From: an uncultured Bacilli bacterium
GTDB lineage: Bacteria; Bacillota_I; Bacilli_A; RF39; UBA660
Direction: 5' to 3'
DNA: 64,000 bases
Assembly: GCA_934129945.1 (NCBI GenBank)
Contig: CAKOXC010000004.1
Location: 2,579 to 66,578, forward strand
The notes under the pieces were generated by a model that was not told where the DNA came from, did no database searches, and was given only the letters and a program-made list of their open reading frames with translations. A program made the position numbers and the translations under genes. Every line of letters starts with the position of its first letter. Position 1 is the stretch's first letter. Below, in pieces: positions 9,681 to 18,105 of this stretch.

Positions 9681-10973
9681 ATGAATGATGCTATATTCTC
9701 TCAGTTAGATTTTGGACCATTAAATGAATTTTTAATGGATGATAATGTTACCGATATTTCTTATAGTAACAATGGTCAAGTATTTTTAAAAACCTTAACT
9801 AAAGGTGTTTATAAAGTTGAAAGACCAGAGATAAATAATGCATTAATGGAAAAATTAGCATTTCAATGTTCTAATGTTATGGGTAAAACATTTAATATGG
9901 CTCATCCTTTTCTAGATGCAGAAAGTACAGAGTTACGTTTAAATTTCGTTCATGAATCAATTGCAACTAATGGAATAGCAGTATTAATTCGTAAAACACC
10001 TGCTAAAATTCGTTTAAATAGAGATAAATTATTAAGAGAAGATTATGTAACAGAGGATTTACTTAACTTCTTAATTGATTGTGTTCATGCTCGTTGTAAT
10101 ATTATAGTAAGTGGTGAAACTGGTTCAGGTAAAACAGAACTAGTCAAATATCTTGCAAGTAATACAAGAGAAGATGAAAAAATTATTTCAATAGAAGATA
10201 CTTTAGAGTTACACTTAGATAGAATTTATCCACATCGTGATATTGTTGCAATGAAAACTAATAATATTGCATCTTATACTGATGTACTTGTTACATGTAT
10301 GAGACAAAACCCAATATGGATATTACTTGCCGAGGTTCGTAGTGCTGAAGCAGTACTTGCAATCCGTAACTCAATATCTTCTGGACACCATATCATGTCA
10401 ACAATTCATGCTGACAAAGCTGCAAGTATTCCAATGCGTATGTATTCATTACTTGAATCAAGTCAAGATACAGATCAATTCTTATCTTCAATTCATAGAT
10501 ATGTTCAATTAGGAATATATGTTAAAGGTTACATGAGTAAAAAATATAATAGATTTCAACGTGAAATACTTGAAGTTTGTGAATTTTATGTTGATGATGA
10601 TAATAAACCATGTACAAATGAAATTTATAAAAAAAGTTTGGATGGAACAATGAGTTTCAATAATCCAACACAACATTTAAAAGATTATTGTAGTATTCAA
10701 GGAATTGATTTAGGTGATGATCCATTCCACTTGGTAACAGAAAAAAAATCAACAAATAATTTAAAAAATCCATTAGAAGAACAAACACCAACCACTTCTA
10801 ATGAAATAAAAAATGTTGATAAAGCTCCTGTTAATCAACAGGTGGAAGTAAAACCTATTAATTCTACTGTGGAAAACCCTACTGTTATCAACAGTGTTCC
10901 TACAAATCAAAATAATAATCAAATAAACAATATATCTAATATAAGTAATATAGATGTATTAGATATTATATAG
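9681..10973 (+). CDS. VirB11/CpaF(TadA)-family secretion ATPase with long low-complexity C-terminal tail
   Basis: Walker A VSGETGSGKTE; Asp box IISIEDTLELHL; Walker B/His box WILLAEVR...HHIMSTIHAD; about 100 aa N/Q/T-rich tail. Confidence 0.85.
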   Translation: MNDAIFSQLDFGPLNEFLMDDNVTDISYSNNGQVFLKTLTKGVYKVERPEINNALMEKLAFQCSNVMGKTFNMAHPFLDAESTELRLNFVHESIATNGIAVLIRKTPAKIRLNRDKLLREDYVTEDLLNFLIDCVHARCNIIVSGETGSGKTELVKYLASNTREDEKIISIEDTLELHLDRIYPHRDIVAMKTNNIASYTDVLVTCMRQNPIWILLAEVRSAEAVLAIRNSISSGHHIMSTIHADKAASIPMRMYSLLESSQDTDQFLSSIHRYVQLGIYVKGYMSKKYNRFQREILEVCEFYVDDDNKPCTNEIYKKSLDGTMSFNNPTQHLKDYCSIQGIDLGDDPFHLVTEKKSTNNLKNPLEEQTPTTSNEIKNVDKAPVNQQVEVKPINSTVENPTVINSVPTNQNNNQINNISNISNIDVLDII

Positions 10974-10995
10974 AATAAGGAAGAGAGGTATAGTA

Positions 10996-11889
10996 ATGGT
11001 ACTTATATTATTATTAGCAATTGCCATATATGTAGTTTCTTATAGATTAAATAAAGGTGAAAATGTTTATAAATTCTTTATTACCTCTGTACAAAATGCA
11101 TATGAAAAATACGCTCCATATTCTTTTAAAGAAGTTAGACAAAAAACTAAAGAATTAGGAAGAGAATATACAGCAAAACAATATGCAATACAAATAAGTA
11201 TAATTGGTGGGTTTGCTGGAGTTATATCATATTTGTATTTTTACAACGTTTTAATAACTATAATTTATGTAATAATAGCTATAGCTTTTATTCCTTATTT
11301 AGCATATTTAAGATGTCAAAAAGTATATAGTGAATATATATTTGAACAAATTCAAATATATACTACTAACGTTATTATGGAATTTAATACTACTCAATCA
11401 TTTGTTAAATCTTTAGAAGGTGTTAGAGATTCTGGTATCCTACTGGATCCAGTTTTACAAGATGTTAAAACTATGATTGATATGTCTTATCAAAATGGTA
11501 CAATTGATGAATCTATTGAATATTTTAATGCTAAATATCCATTCTATATGGTAAAAAATATGAATCAATTGTTTTTACAAATTACTAAAGAAGGTGCTAA
11601 AGATTCTGGTGAAGCATTAGAAAATATGGCAATGGATATAGATGCTTTAGTAGAAGGTGTTTATAGAGACCAAATGGATAGAGTAGAATTCCATAGAAAA
11701 TTCTTAACATTTGGTGTTGCATTATTCTTTCTAGTACTTGCAATGCAATTTTTATTAGGAACAGATTCATATATTGAACTATTAGATATGTTTTATGTTC
11801 AAATAATATTACATTTGATAATAATAATTAATGCTTATTTCTTATTATCTGGTGAAAAATTCTACAATGAAGATGTGGGGGTTGAGTAA
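10996..11889 (+). CDS. GspF/TadB-TadC-like inner-membrane platform protein (paralog 1)
   Basis: Topology of N-terminal TM, cytoplasmic helical domain and C-terminal TM pair; position immediately after the secretion ATPase as in tad loci. Confidence 0.55.
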   Translation: MVLILLLAIAIYVVSYRLNKGENVYKFFITSVQNAYEKYAPYSFKEVRQKTKELGREYTAKQYAIQISIIGGFAGVISYLYFYNVLITIIYVIIAIAFIPYLAYLRCQKVYSEYIFEQIQIYTTNVIMEFNTTQSFVKSLEGVRDSGILLDPVLQDVKTMIDMSYQNGTIDESIEYFNAKYPFYMVKNMNQLFLQITKEGAKDSGEALENMAMDIDALVEGVYRDQMDRVEFHRKFLTFGVALFFLVLAMQFLLGTDSYIELLDMFYVQIILHLIIIINAYFLLSGEKFYNEDVGVE

Positions 11890-11891
11890 TT

Positions 11892-12680
11892 ATGCATATA
11901 GAAATAGTTATTTTAGCAGCAATTATATTATTTGTTTTAAACTATACTGGAAGAATTAACGCTAATAGATTTATTACTGACAATACTGAATATTTTAGAA
12001 AATTAAAAGAAGACGATTGGGATTTTTTAGTAAAAGCTAGATATGGCGATGGAGCAAACCCAGACATATTATTTACTAAGAGAGTTCAAAATGCTGGAAT
12101 AGTATTAGTATTATGCTTATTTATCTTTATTTCTAACTTCAGTTATGCAACATTCTTAGTTTCATTAATTGCAGCCTATTTAATGTTTAAGTCTGGTTAT
12201 AGTAGTATGAAAAAGTATTATAAAAAACATTTGAGTGAAATAGATTCAATGTTACCACATTATTTAAAAAGTTTGGAAATATTAATTCAACACTATACAG
12301 TACCTGTTGCTATTGGTAAATCAATATCTGATGCTCCTGAAATATTTAGAGAAGGACTTCAAGAAATGATTAATGAAATTAATGCTGGTAATGATAAAAT
12401 AGATCCATACATGAATTTTGCTAAAGAATATCCAGTAAGAGATTCAATGAGAATGATGAGACTTTTATATCGTTTAAGTTTAGGTAAACAGGAACATAAA
12501 CAAGAACAATTATTAACATTCTCAAAAACAATATCTAATCTACAACAAAAAGCACGTGAAACACGTTATAAAAATAGATTAGATAAGATGGAAAGCAAAA
12601 CAATGTCAATGTTAATTACTACAGGTTTAGGAGTTATGATACTTTTAATATTTGCAGTATTACAAATGATGAATTTATAA
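11892..12680 (+). CDS. GspF/TadB-TadC-like inner-membrane platform protein (paralog 2)
   Basis: Same topology; T2SSF-like segment ...VPVAIGKSISDAPEIFREGLQEMINEINAGN...; 3-nt gap after the upstream paralog. Confidence 0.55.
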   Translation: MHIEIVILAAIILFVLNYTGRINANRFITDNTEYFRKLKEDDWDFLVKARYGDGANPDILFTKRVQNAGIVLVLCLFIFISNFSYATFLVSLIAAYLMFKSGYSSMKKYYKKHLSEIDSMLPHYLKSLEILIQHYTVPVAIGKSISDAPEIFREGLQEMINEINAGNDKIDPYMNFAKEYPVRDSMRMMRLLYRLSLGKQEHKQEQLLTFSKTISNLQQKARETRYKNRLDKMESKTMSMLITTGLGVMILLIFAVLQMMNL

Positions 12681-12691
12681 TATTTTAAATT

Positions 12692-12718
12692 ATCTCTTTT
12701 ATAAAAGAGATTTTTTTT
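12692..12718 (+). terminator. Rho-independent terminator after the TadC-like gene
   Basis: ATCTCTTTTATAAAAGAGAT hairpin followed by T8. Confidence 0.65.
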
Positions 12719-12751
12719 ATATAATTAAAGTAATAGTTAGGAAGATAGATT

Positions 12752-14239
12752 ATGAAAAAGAAAATAGAATCAATGTCAAGATTTTTTCCGTATATTTTAG
12801 GAATACTAATAATAGCTTTTGTATTAATCCAAAAATTTTCTCAAAATGATTTGTATTTTGATATAAGAACTGGAAAAGATATTTTAAAATATGGAATTGA
12901 TTTCAAAGATCATTTCAGTTTTATACCAGGATTAAAATATTTATACCATCATTGGTTTTATGATTTAATAATATATTTTATTTATACTAAATTTAATTAT
13001 GTTGGAGTATTTATTTTTTTCTATTCTCTGTATGTTTTATTTGGATTAATTTTATTTAAAACTAATTATAAGGCTGATAAGAATAAATTTTTATCATTTA
13101 TAGTTTCTATTATTACTTTATATTTAATGAAAGACTTTTTTGGAACACGAGTTCAATCGATTTCTTATATTATTTTCTTTTTAGAAATAATTTTTATAAA
13201 TAAACTTTATAACACAGGTGAAATAAAGTATTCAATAATATTAATTTTAATGTCAATATTGTTGGTTAACATTCATATGCCAGTTTGGATACTATATTTG
13301 ATTTTTTTCCTTCCATTTATCGCCGAAATATTATTTAGTAAATTTTCTAAATTATATAATAAAAATATTACAAATAAATTAATATTTTGTAATCCAAAGA
13401 ATTTGAAAATATTTTTAATAACTTTTATAGTGGTAATTCTAACAGGGTTAATTTCACCTTATAAATTTATGCCTTATATATTTTTTATCAAAACACTAGG
13501 AAATCCATATTATTCTTATATTGGAGAAATGCAAAAAACAATTTTAATTAATTCTATTCCATTTTTAATTATAGTATTTTGTTCTATTATTACTTTAATT
13601 TTTTGTAAAGTTAAAGCAAGAGACTTTTTCTTGATTTTTGGATTATTATTACTTGCATTATTTGCAAATAGACACAGATCCTACTTCTGTACAATTATTC
13701 CAACATTAATTTATAAAATAATTGTTGAAAACGATTTTAAAATAATAAAATTAAAATTACCTAATTTTAAAGTTAATACTACTCTTATAAGTTTTGTTTT
13801 AACTTTATTACTTATAATTTTATATGTAATGTGTTTCATAACATTAAATTTAAAAAAATTTAATTATCATGAAAATGAAAATTATCCAAATGAAACTATA
13901 AAATATATAAAAAAAAATATAGATAAAAAGAATTTAAGAATATACAATAATTTTAATATTGGATCATATCTTGCTTTTAATGATGTGCTAAATTTTGTTG
14001 ATTCAAGAGCAGAAGTTTTTATGGAAAATTTTAATAATAGTAAAGATATTTTAGAAGACATTTTTATTAATATAAAAAAATATGAAGATTACGAAAAAAT
14101 AATAAAAAAATATAACTTTAACTATATTTTGGTAGAAAAAGGTGAAATTTTAAATAGTTACATAAAAGATAAAGAAGACTATCAATTATTATATAATGAA
14201 AAAAATGAATACTTTTTATATAGTGTAAATCTAAAATAA
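12752..14239 (+). CDS. Large polytopic membrane protein (about 12 TM) with C-terminal soluble domain; possible GT-C-fold glycosyltransferase/pilin-modifying enzyme
   Basis: 495 aa, extremely hydrophobic; architecture resembles ArnT/PMT/YfhO-type lipid-linked-sugar transferases; no motif firmly identified. Confidence 0.4.
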   Translation: MKKKIESMSRFFPYILGILIIAFVLIQKFSQNDLYFDIRTGKDILKYGIDFKDHFSFIPGLKYLYHHWFYDLIIYFIYTKFNYVGVFIFFYSLYVLFGLILFKTNYKADKNKFLSFIVSIITLYLMKDFFGTRVQSISYIIFFLEIIFINKLYNTGEIKYSIILILMSILLVNIHMPVWILYLIFFLPFIAEILFSKFSKLYNKNITNKLIFCNPKNLKIFLITFIVVILTGLISPYKFMPYIFFIKTLGNPYYSYIGEMQKTILINSIPFLIIVFCSIITLIFCKVKARDFFLIFGLLLLALFANRHRSYFCTIIPTLIYKIIVENDFKIIKLKLPNFKVNTTLISFVLTLLLIILYVMCFITLNLKKFNYHENENYPNETIKYIKKNIDKKNLRIYNNFNIGSYLAFNDVLNFVDSRAEVFMENFNNSKDILEDIFINIKKYEDYEKIIKKYNFNYILVEKGEILNSYIKDKEDYQLLYNEKNEYFLYSVNLK

Positions 14240-14255
14240 AAATTTTCGAATAATG

Positions 14256-14284
14256 TTGATAAATTGATTTATTAACGGTATAAT
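14256..14284 (+). promoter_or_regulatory. Near-consensus sigma-A promoter upstream of the pilin-like gene array
   Basis: TTGATA - 17 nt - TATAAT about 45 nt upstream of the 14329 start. Confidence 0.55.
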
Positions 14285-14328
14285 AATAATGTATAAAATT
14301 AAAGATAAAGAAAGAAGGAATTTTATTT

Positions 14329-14556
14329 ATGAAAGAAGCAACAGGAGAATTAAATATGACAGTTGTAACAGTAGTTGCAATAGCAGCAATAGCAGCATTT
14401 TTCTATACATTCGTTTGGCCTGGAATTAAAGATAGTATTAAAAAAAATACTTGCGAAGCACAATGTTCAACAGGTGATAGTAGTTGTGTAAATACTTGTA
14501 TGAACAAAGATAATACCAATACTAATACTAATACTAATACTAATACTCAAGGTTAG
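14329..14556 (+). CDS. Small pilin-like protein (class-III-signal-like N-terminus, Cys-rich C-terminal domain, TN repeat tail)
   Basis: MKEATGELNMTVVTVVAIAAIAAFFYTF: short polar leader, Gly, then hydrophobic helix; 6 Cys; (TN)x6. Confidence 0.55.
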   Translation: MKEATGELNMTVVTVVAIAAIAAFFYTFVWPGIKDSIKKNTCEAQCSTGDSSCVNTCMNKDNTNTNTNTNTNTQG

Positions 14557-14603
14557 GAAATAATTTTTATTAATCATTAGAAAAATAGTAAGAAGGTAAT
14601 ATA

Positions 14604-14840
14604 ATGAAAGAGGCAACAGGAGAACTTAATATGACATTAGTTATTGTAATAGCAGTAGGAATCCTTGCTGCCTTTTTCTATACTGTTATATGGCCTTTAA
14701 TAGGTGATAATTTTGATAGAAATGCTAATTGTAGTAAAGCTATCTGTAAATGTGAAGGTACTTGTAAACAAGATGGGATTGCACAATGTTATATAAAAGG
14801 TAAAAAAAATAATGTTTTTGAGTGTCCTTGGAAAGGTTAA
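14604..14840 (+). CDS. Small pilin-like protein, paralog of the 14329 ORF
   Basis: Identical N-terminus MKEATGELNMT then hydrophobic helix; 8 Cys. Confidence 0.55.
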   Translation: MKEATGELNMTLVIVIAVGILAAFFYTVIWPLIGDNFDRNANCSKAICKCEGTCKQDGIAQCYIKGKKNNVFECPWKG

Positions 14841-14856
14841 TAGATAAGGTGATGTA

Positions 14857-15372
14857 ATGAGAGAAGCAATAGGTGGAACTTGGTTATTTAATTTAGTTAT
14901 TTTCTTTGTATTGCTATTTGCTGGTTATATGTGTTTATCTATTAACTATTCAAAAGCATTTGGTGTTAAGGATAAAATAATAAATGAACTCGAAAGAAAT
15001 GGTGGAGTTAAAGTATTTACAAACAGTAATTATACAGATATAGCTTTAACAAATATTTCTAATTATATGAAAAAAGTTGGCTATAGAACCAAAGGAAGTT
15101 GTAAAGGATACAGTTATGGTTGTACTTTGGACGGAAAATGTACTAGTGTTAATTCTAGTAATACTACAAAATATGCTTTTTGTTTATCTGAAGTAAAAGC
15201 AAATGATGCATATTCTTATGCAGTAAATGGGACTCCTGGAGAATTTATTTATGTAAGTTATTATAAGGTAAAAGTTTTTTATCAATTGGATTTACCTATT
15301 ATAAGAACAGCATTTGATTTCAATATAAAAGGAGATACAAAAATACTTTATAAAACAGCAAATAAACATTAA
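14857..15372 (+). CDS. Pilin-like/pseudopilin-like protein (171 aa)
   Basis: MREAIGGTWLFNLVIFFVLLFAGY leader+helix similar to the small pilins; Cys-containing globular domain. Confidence 0.5.
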   Translation: MREAIGGTWLFNLVIFFVLLFAGYMCLSINYSKAFGVKDKIINELERNGGVKVFTNSNYTDIALTNISNYMKKVGYRTKGSCKGYSYGCTLDGKCTSVNSSNTTKYAFCLSEVKANDAYSYAVNGTPGEFIYVSYYKVKVFYQLDLPIIRTAFDFNIKGDTKILYKTANKH

Positions 15373-15386
15373 TAGAAGGTGGTTAA

Positions 15387-15917
15387 ATGAGAGAAGCAAT
15401 AGGTGGAACGTGGCTTACACAACTTGTAATAATTATTATGTTTGTATTTGTAGCATTTTTAGCACTTTCTATGAATTATTCAAAAGCTTTTAGAGTTAAA
15501 AATGAATTGCTAAGTATTATTGAGAAAAAAGAAGGTATTTCTCAAACAAATAATGTAAATGGTAGTATATTTTTGATTAATAATTATTTGAAAAATAATG
15601 GTTATAGTACAGTTGGAAAGTGTGAAAAAGGAAGCTATGGATTTAATATAAATAGTGTACACGCAACATTAATTAATGATGGAAATAAAAATAAAAAGTT
15701 TAATTATTGTATTTCAAAAACTAAAAGTATTGCATCTAATTTCCCAAATAGAGCATATTATAAAGTTAAAATATTTTTTAAATTTAATCTACCAGTAGTT
15801 GGAGATATTTATACTTTTAAAGTTGATGGTGAAACAAAAGATGTTAATTATCCTAAAGATGGAAAATGTGGAAAAAATGATTCAATACAATGTGTAAAAT
15901 CAAATATTGATACATAG
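15387..15917 (+). CDS. Pilin-like/pseudopilin-like protein (176 aa), paralog of the 14857 ORF
   Basis: MREAIGGTWLTQLVIIIMFVFVAF...NYSKAF shared with the 14857 ORF. Confidence 0.5.
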   Translation: MREAIGGTWLTQLVIIIMFVFVAFLALSMNYSKAFRVKNELLSIIEKKEGISQTNNVNGSIFLINNYLKNNGYSTVGKCEKGSYGFNINSVHATLINDGNKNKKFNYCISKTKSIASNFPNRAYYKVKIFFKFNLPVVGDIYTFKVDGETKDVNYPKDGKCGKNDSIQCVKSNIDT

Positions 15918-15940
15918 AAGAAGAAAAGAGGTAAAAATAT

Positions 15941-16945
15941 ATGAATGTAATTATTTCAAATAAATATCAATCTTTGTTAGCAAATTTAGATATTGATGTA
16001 ATTAAAAGTATAAATGGAGAATTTGATGTTGAGGAAATTGTATCTAATTTTACTAATTTTTTCTTTAATAAAATGATTATAGATGTCACAGCTATAAAAA
16101 ATTATCAAGATATTAATACTTTTCAACAATTATCTGTAGGGCTTGACATGAATAAAATTATTTTACTACTTGATGATTCAGAAATTGTTAATTCCCCAAT
16201 GTTTTTGTCACAATTAGTTTCAATGGGAATTTATAATTTTACAAGAAATATCGATGCTGTTAAGTTTTTAATAGATAACCCTAATAGTTATAAAGATGTT
16301 GCTAGTTATCACCAATTAAGTAATATTCCTGTATCAACTCCTGAGACAGGTGTTTCACAACCTAATTATAATCGCTTAGGTTTACGTGTTATAGGTATTA
16401 AAAATGTTACTAACCATGCTGGTTCAACAACTCTTACTTATTTATTAAAAAAGCATTTGGAAAAATGTTATCAAGTTGTAGCAGTAGAAGTTGATAGCAA
16501 TGATTTTATGTATTTTAATGATAAAACTTTAAAAACAACTACTGCTTTAGACCTTCCATCATTTATTGCTACTAATTCTGGAAATGAAGTTATTTTAGTA
16601 GACTTAAATGATAAAGGTCCAATCAGTTCTTGTACTGAAGTTATTTATTTAATAGAGCCTGGTTTAATTAAATTAAATAAATTAATAAGAAAAGATCATA
16701 AAGCATTTGAAAAATTAAAAGATAAAAAAGTGGTATTAAATCGTAGTATATTAAATGATAGAGATGTTGCTGATTTTGAATATGAGTCAAAAAGTAGGGT
16801 ATTTTATAATATGCCTTATCTTGATGATAAGCTTGATAAAAGTGCTGCTGTTGATGAATTCTTAGTAAAATTAGGATTTAGTCGTCTAGAAAGTGACAAC
16901 GAAGAGTCAAAAGGTAGTAAATTATTTGGCATATTTAAGTCTTAA
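15941..16945 (+). CDS. CpaE/TadZ-like protein (ParA/MinD fold) with degenerate P-loop
   Basis: N-terminal receiver-like region then LRVIGIKNVTNHAGSTTLTYLL...VILVDL, which resembles a MinD-type deviant Walker A/B with the GKT lysine replaced. Confidence 0.4.
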   Translation: MNVIISNKYQSLLANLDIDVIKSINGEFDVEEIVSNFTNFFFNKMIIDVTAIKNYQDINTFQQLSVGLDMNKIILLLDDSEIVNSPMFLSQLVSMGIYNFTRNIDAVKFLIDNPNSYKDVASYHQLSNIPVSTPETGVSQPNYNRLGLRVIGIKNVTNHAGSTTLTYLLKKHLEKCYQVVAVEVDSNDFMYFNDKTLKTTTALDLPSFIATNSGNEVILVDLNDKGPISSCTEVIYLIEPGLIKLNKLIRKDHKAFEKLKDKKVVLNRSILNDRDVADFEYESKSRVFYNMPYLDDKLDKSAAVDEFLVKLGFSRLESDNEESKGSKLFGIFKS

Positions 16946-17005
16946 TACTTGACATAACTTTTTTACTATAATAAAATTAATACATAGAGAGAAGAGGTAT
17001 AGGTT

Positions 17006-17389
17006 ATGAATAATTTATTTTTAATAGCAGGTATTGGTACTGGAACTTTACAAAATGGTTTTTGTTCTGCTTCTGCTGATATTTGGCAAGTAGTTGGATA
17101 TGTATTATTAATATTTAAAATTGTTATTCCAGTAATATTAATTATTATGGGAATGATTGATTTAGGAAAAGCTGTTGTTGCTGGTAAAGATGATGAAATA
17201 AAAAAATATACAAAGTCATTAGCAATCAGAGGAGTTTCAGCAGTATTAATATTCTTTGTTCCTACTATTATCGGATTAATAATGGGTTTAGTTGGTAATT
17301 TTACAACTAGTGGAGCAGAGGCAGATTTTAAAGTTTGTAGAACTTGTATTACTAGTCCTAGTAAATGTGCAGTTACTAATCAAGATTAA
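17006..17389 (+). CDS. VirB2/TrbC-like pilin family protein (paralog A) with CxxC-x5-C tail
   Basis: Two TM helices separated by a short charged loop (IWQVVGYVLLIFKIVIPVILIIMGMIDLGKAVVAGKDDEIKKYTKSLAIRGVSAVLIFFVPTIIGLIMGL), then KVCRTCITSPSKC. Confidence 0.5.
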   Translation: MNNLFLIAGIGTGTLQNGFCSASADIWQVVGYVLLIFKIVIPVILIIMGMIDLGKAVVAGKDDEIKKYTKSLAIRGVSAVLIFFVPTIIGLIMGLVGNFTTSGAEADFKVCRTCITSPSKCAVTNQD

Positions 17390-17413
17390 AAGCATTTTAT
17401 TGCTTTTTTTTTA
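17388..17413 (+). terminator. Weak rho-independent terminator after VirB2-like paralog A
   Basis: AAAGCA-loop-TGCTTT then T9; followed by a TGTTATACTTAAA extended -10-like element. Confidence 0.4.
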
Positions 17414-17455
17414 TTCATTTGTTATACTTAAATAGTATTAAAGTGAGGTTAAAAT

Positions 17456-18085
17456 ATGAAAAAAATTAAAATTGTAATTATGATATTAGCAGTTGTATCT
17501 ACATTAAGTTTTACAAATGTTTATGCAGTTTCTAAAAATAGTAAAACTTATAAAAATTGTATCGCTAAATGTGACAAATTTAAAAATAAAAATGGTAAGG
17601 TAAAGAAAAATCAAAAGCAAGCATATAATGCGTGTATGTCTCCATGTAATGCCAAACTTGATAAAACTGAAGCAAATAAAAATGTTGAAAATTTAAATAA
17701 GAACAAAAATAATAGTAACAAAACTTCTACAACAACTAACCTAGATTTTTGTGCTTCAACAGCTTCAATATGGCAAATAGTAGGTTGGGTATTTTTAATA
17801 GTTAAAATAATTATTCCAGTATTATTAATTATTTTTGGAGTAAAAGATTTTGCGCAAGCTGTAGTATCTTCAAAAGATGATGATATAAAGAAAGCTGCTA
17901 AAGCACTTATGACACGAGGTATAGCGGCTGTTGCTATTTTCTTTGTACCAACTATTGTGAGTTTAATAATGGGATTAATTGTAGATTTTACAAGTAGTGG
18001 TGCAAAAGCAGATTTTGATATTTGTCAATCATGTATGTTAAAGCCATCAGCTTGTGATATAAGTAAAGATGTTGGAAAGCAATAA
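17456..18085 (+). CDS. VirB2/TrbC-like pilin family protein (paralog B) with Cys-rich N-terminal extracellular domain
   Basis: Signal peptide; IWQIVGWVFLIVKIIIPVLLIIFGVKDFAQAVVSSKDDDIKKAAKALMTRGIAAVAIFFVPTIVSLIMGL then DICQSCMLKPSAC. Confidence 0.5.
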   Translation: MKKIKIVIMILAVVSTLSFTNVYAVSKNSKTYKNCIAKCDKFKNKNGKVKKNQKQAYNACMSPCNAKLDKTEANKNVENLNKNKNNSNKTSTTTNLDFCASTASIWQIVGWVFLIVKIIIPVLLIIFGVKDFAQAVVSSKDDDIKKAAKALMTRGIAAVAIFFVPTIVSLIMGLIVDFTSSGAKADFDICQSCMLKPSACDISKDVGKQ

Positions 18086-18105
18086 AATATTGCTTCTTTT
18101 TTTTG
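18075..18105 (+). terminator. Rho-independent terminator after VirB2-like paralog B
   Basis: GAAAGCAATA-loop-TATTGCTTC then T8; followed by a TGGTATACTTAAAA extended -10-like element. Confidence 0.55.

Noticed and set aside
9681-10973. Calling the ATPase specifically VirB11 (pure T4SS) rather than Tad/CpaF-type
   Set aside because: Sequence motifs do not discriminate the two subfamilies by eye. The adjacent CpaB and GspF-like genes favour a Tad-type context, so I left the call at family level.
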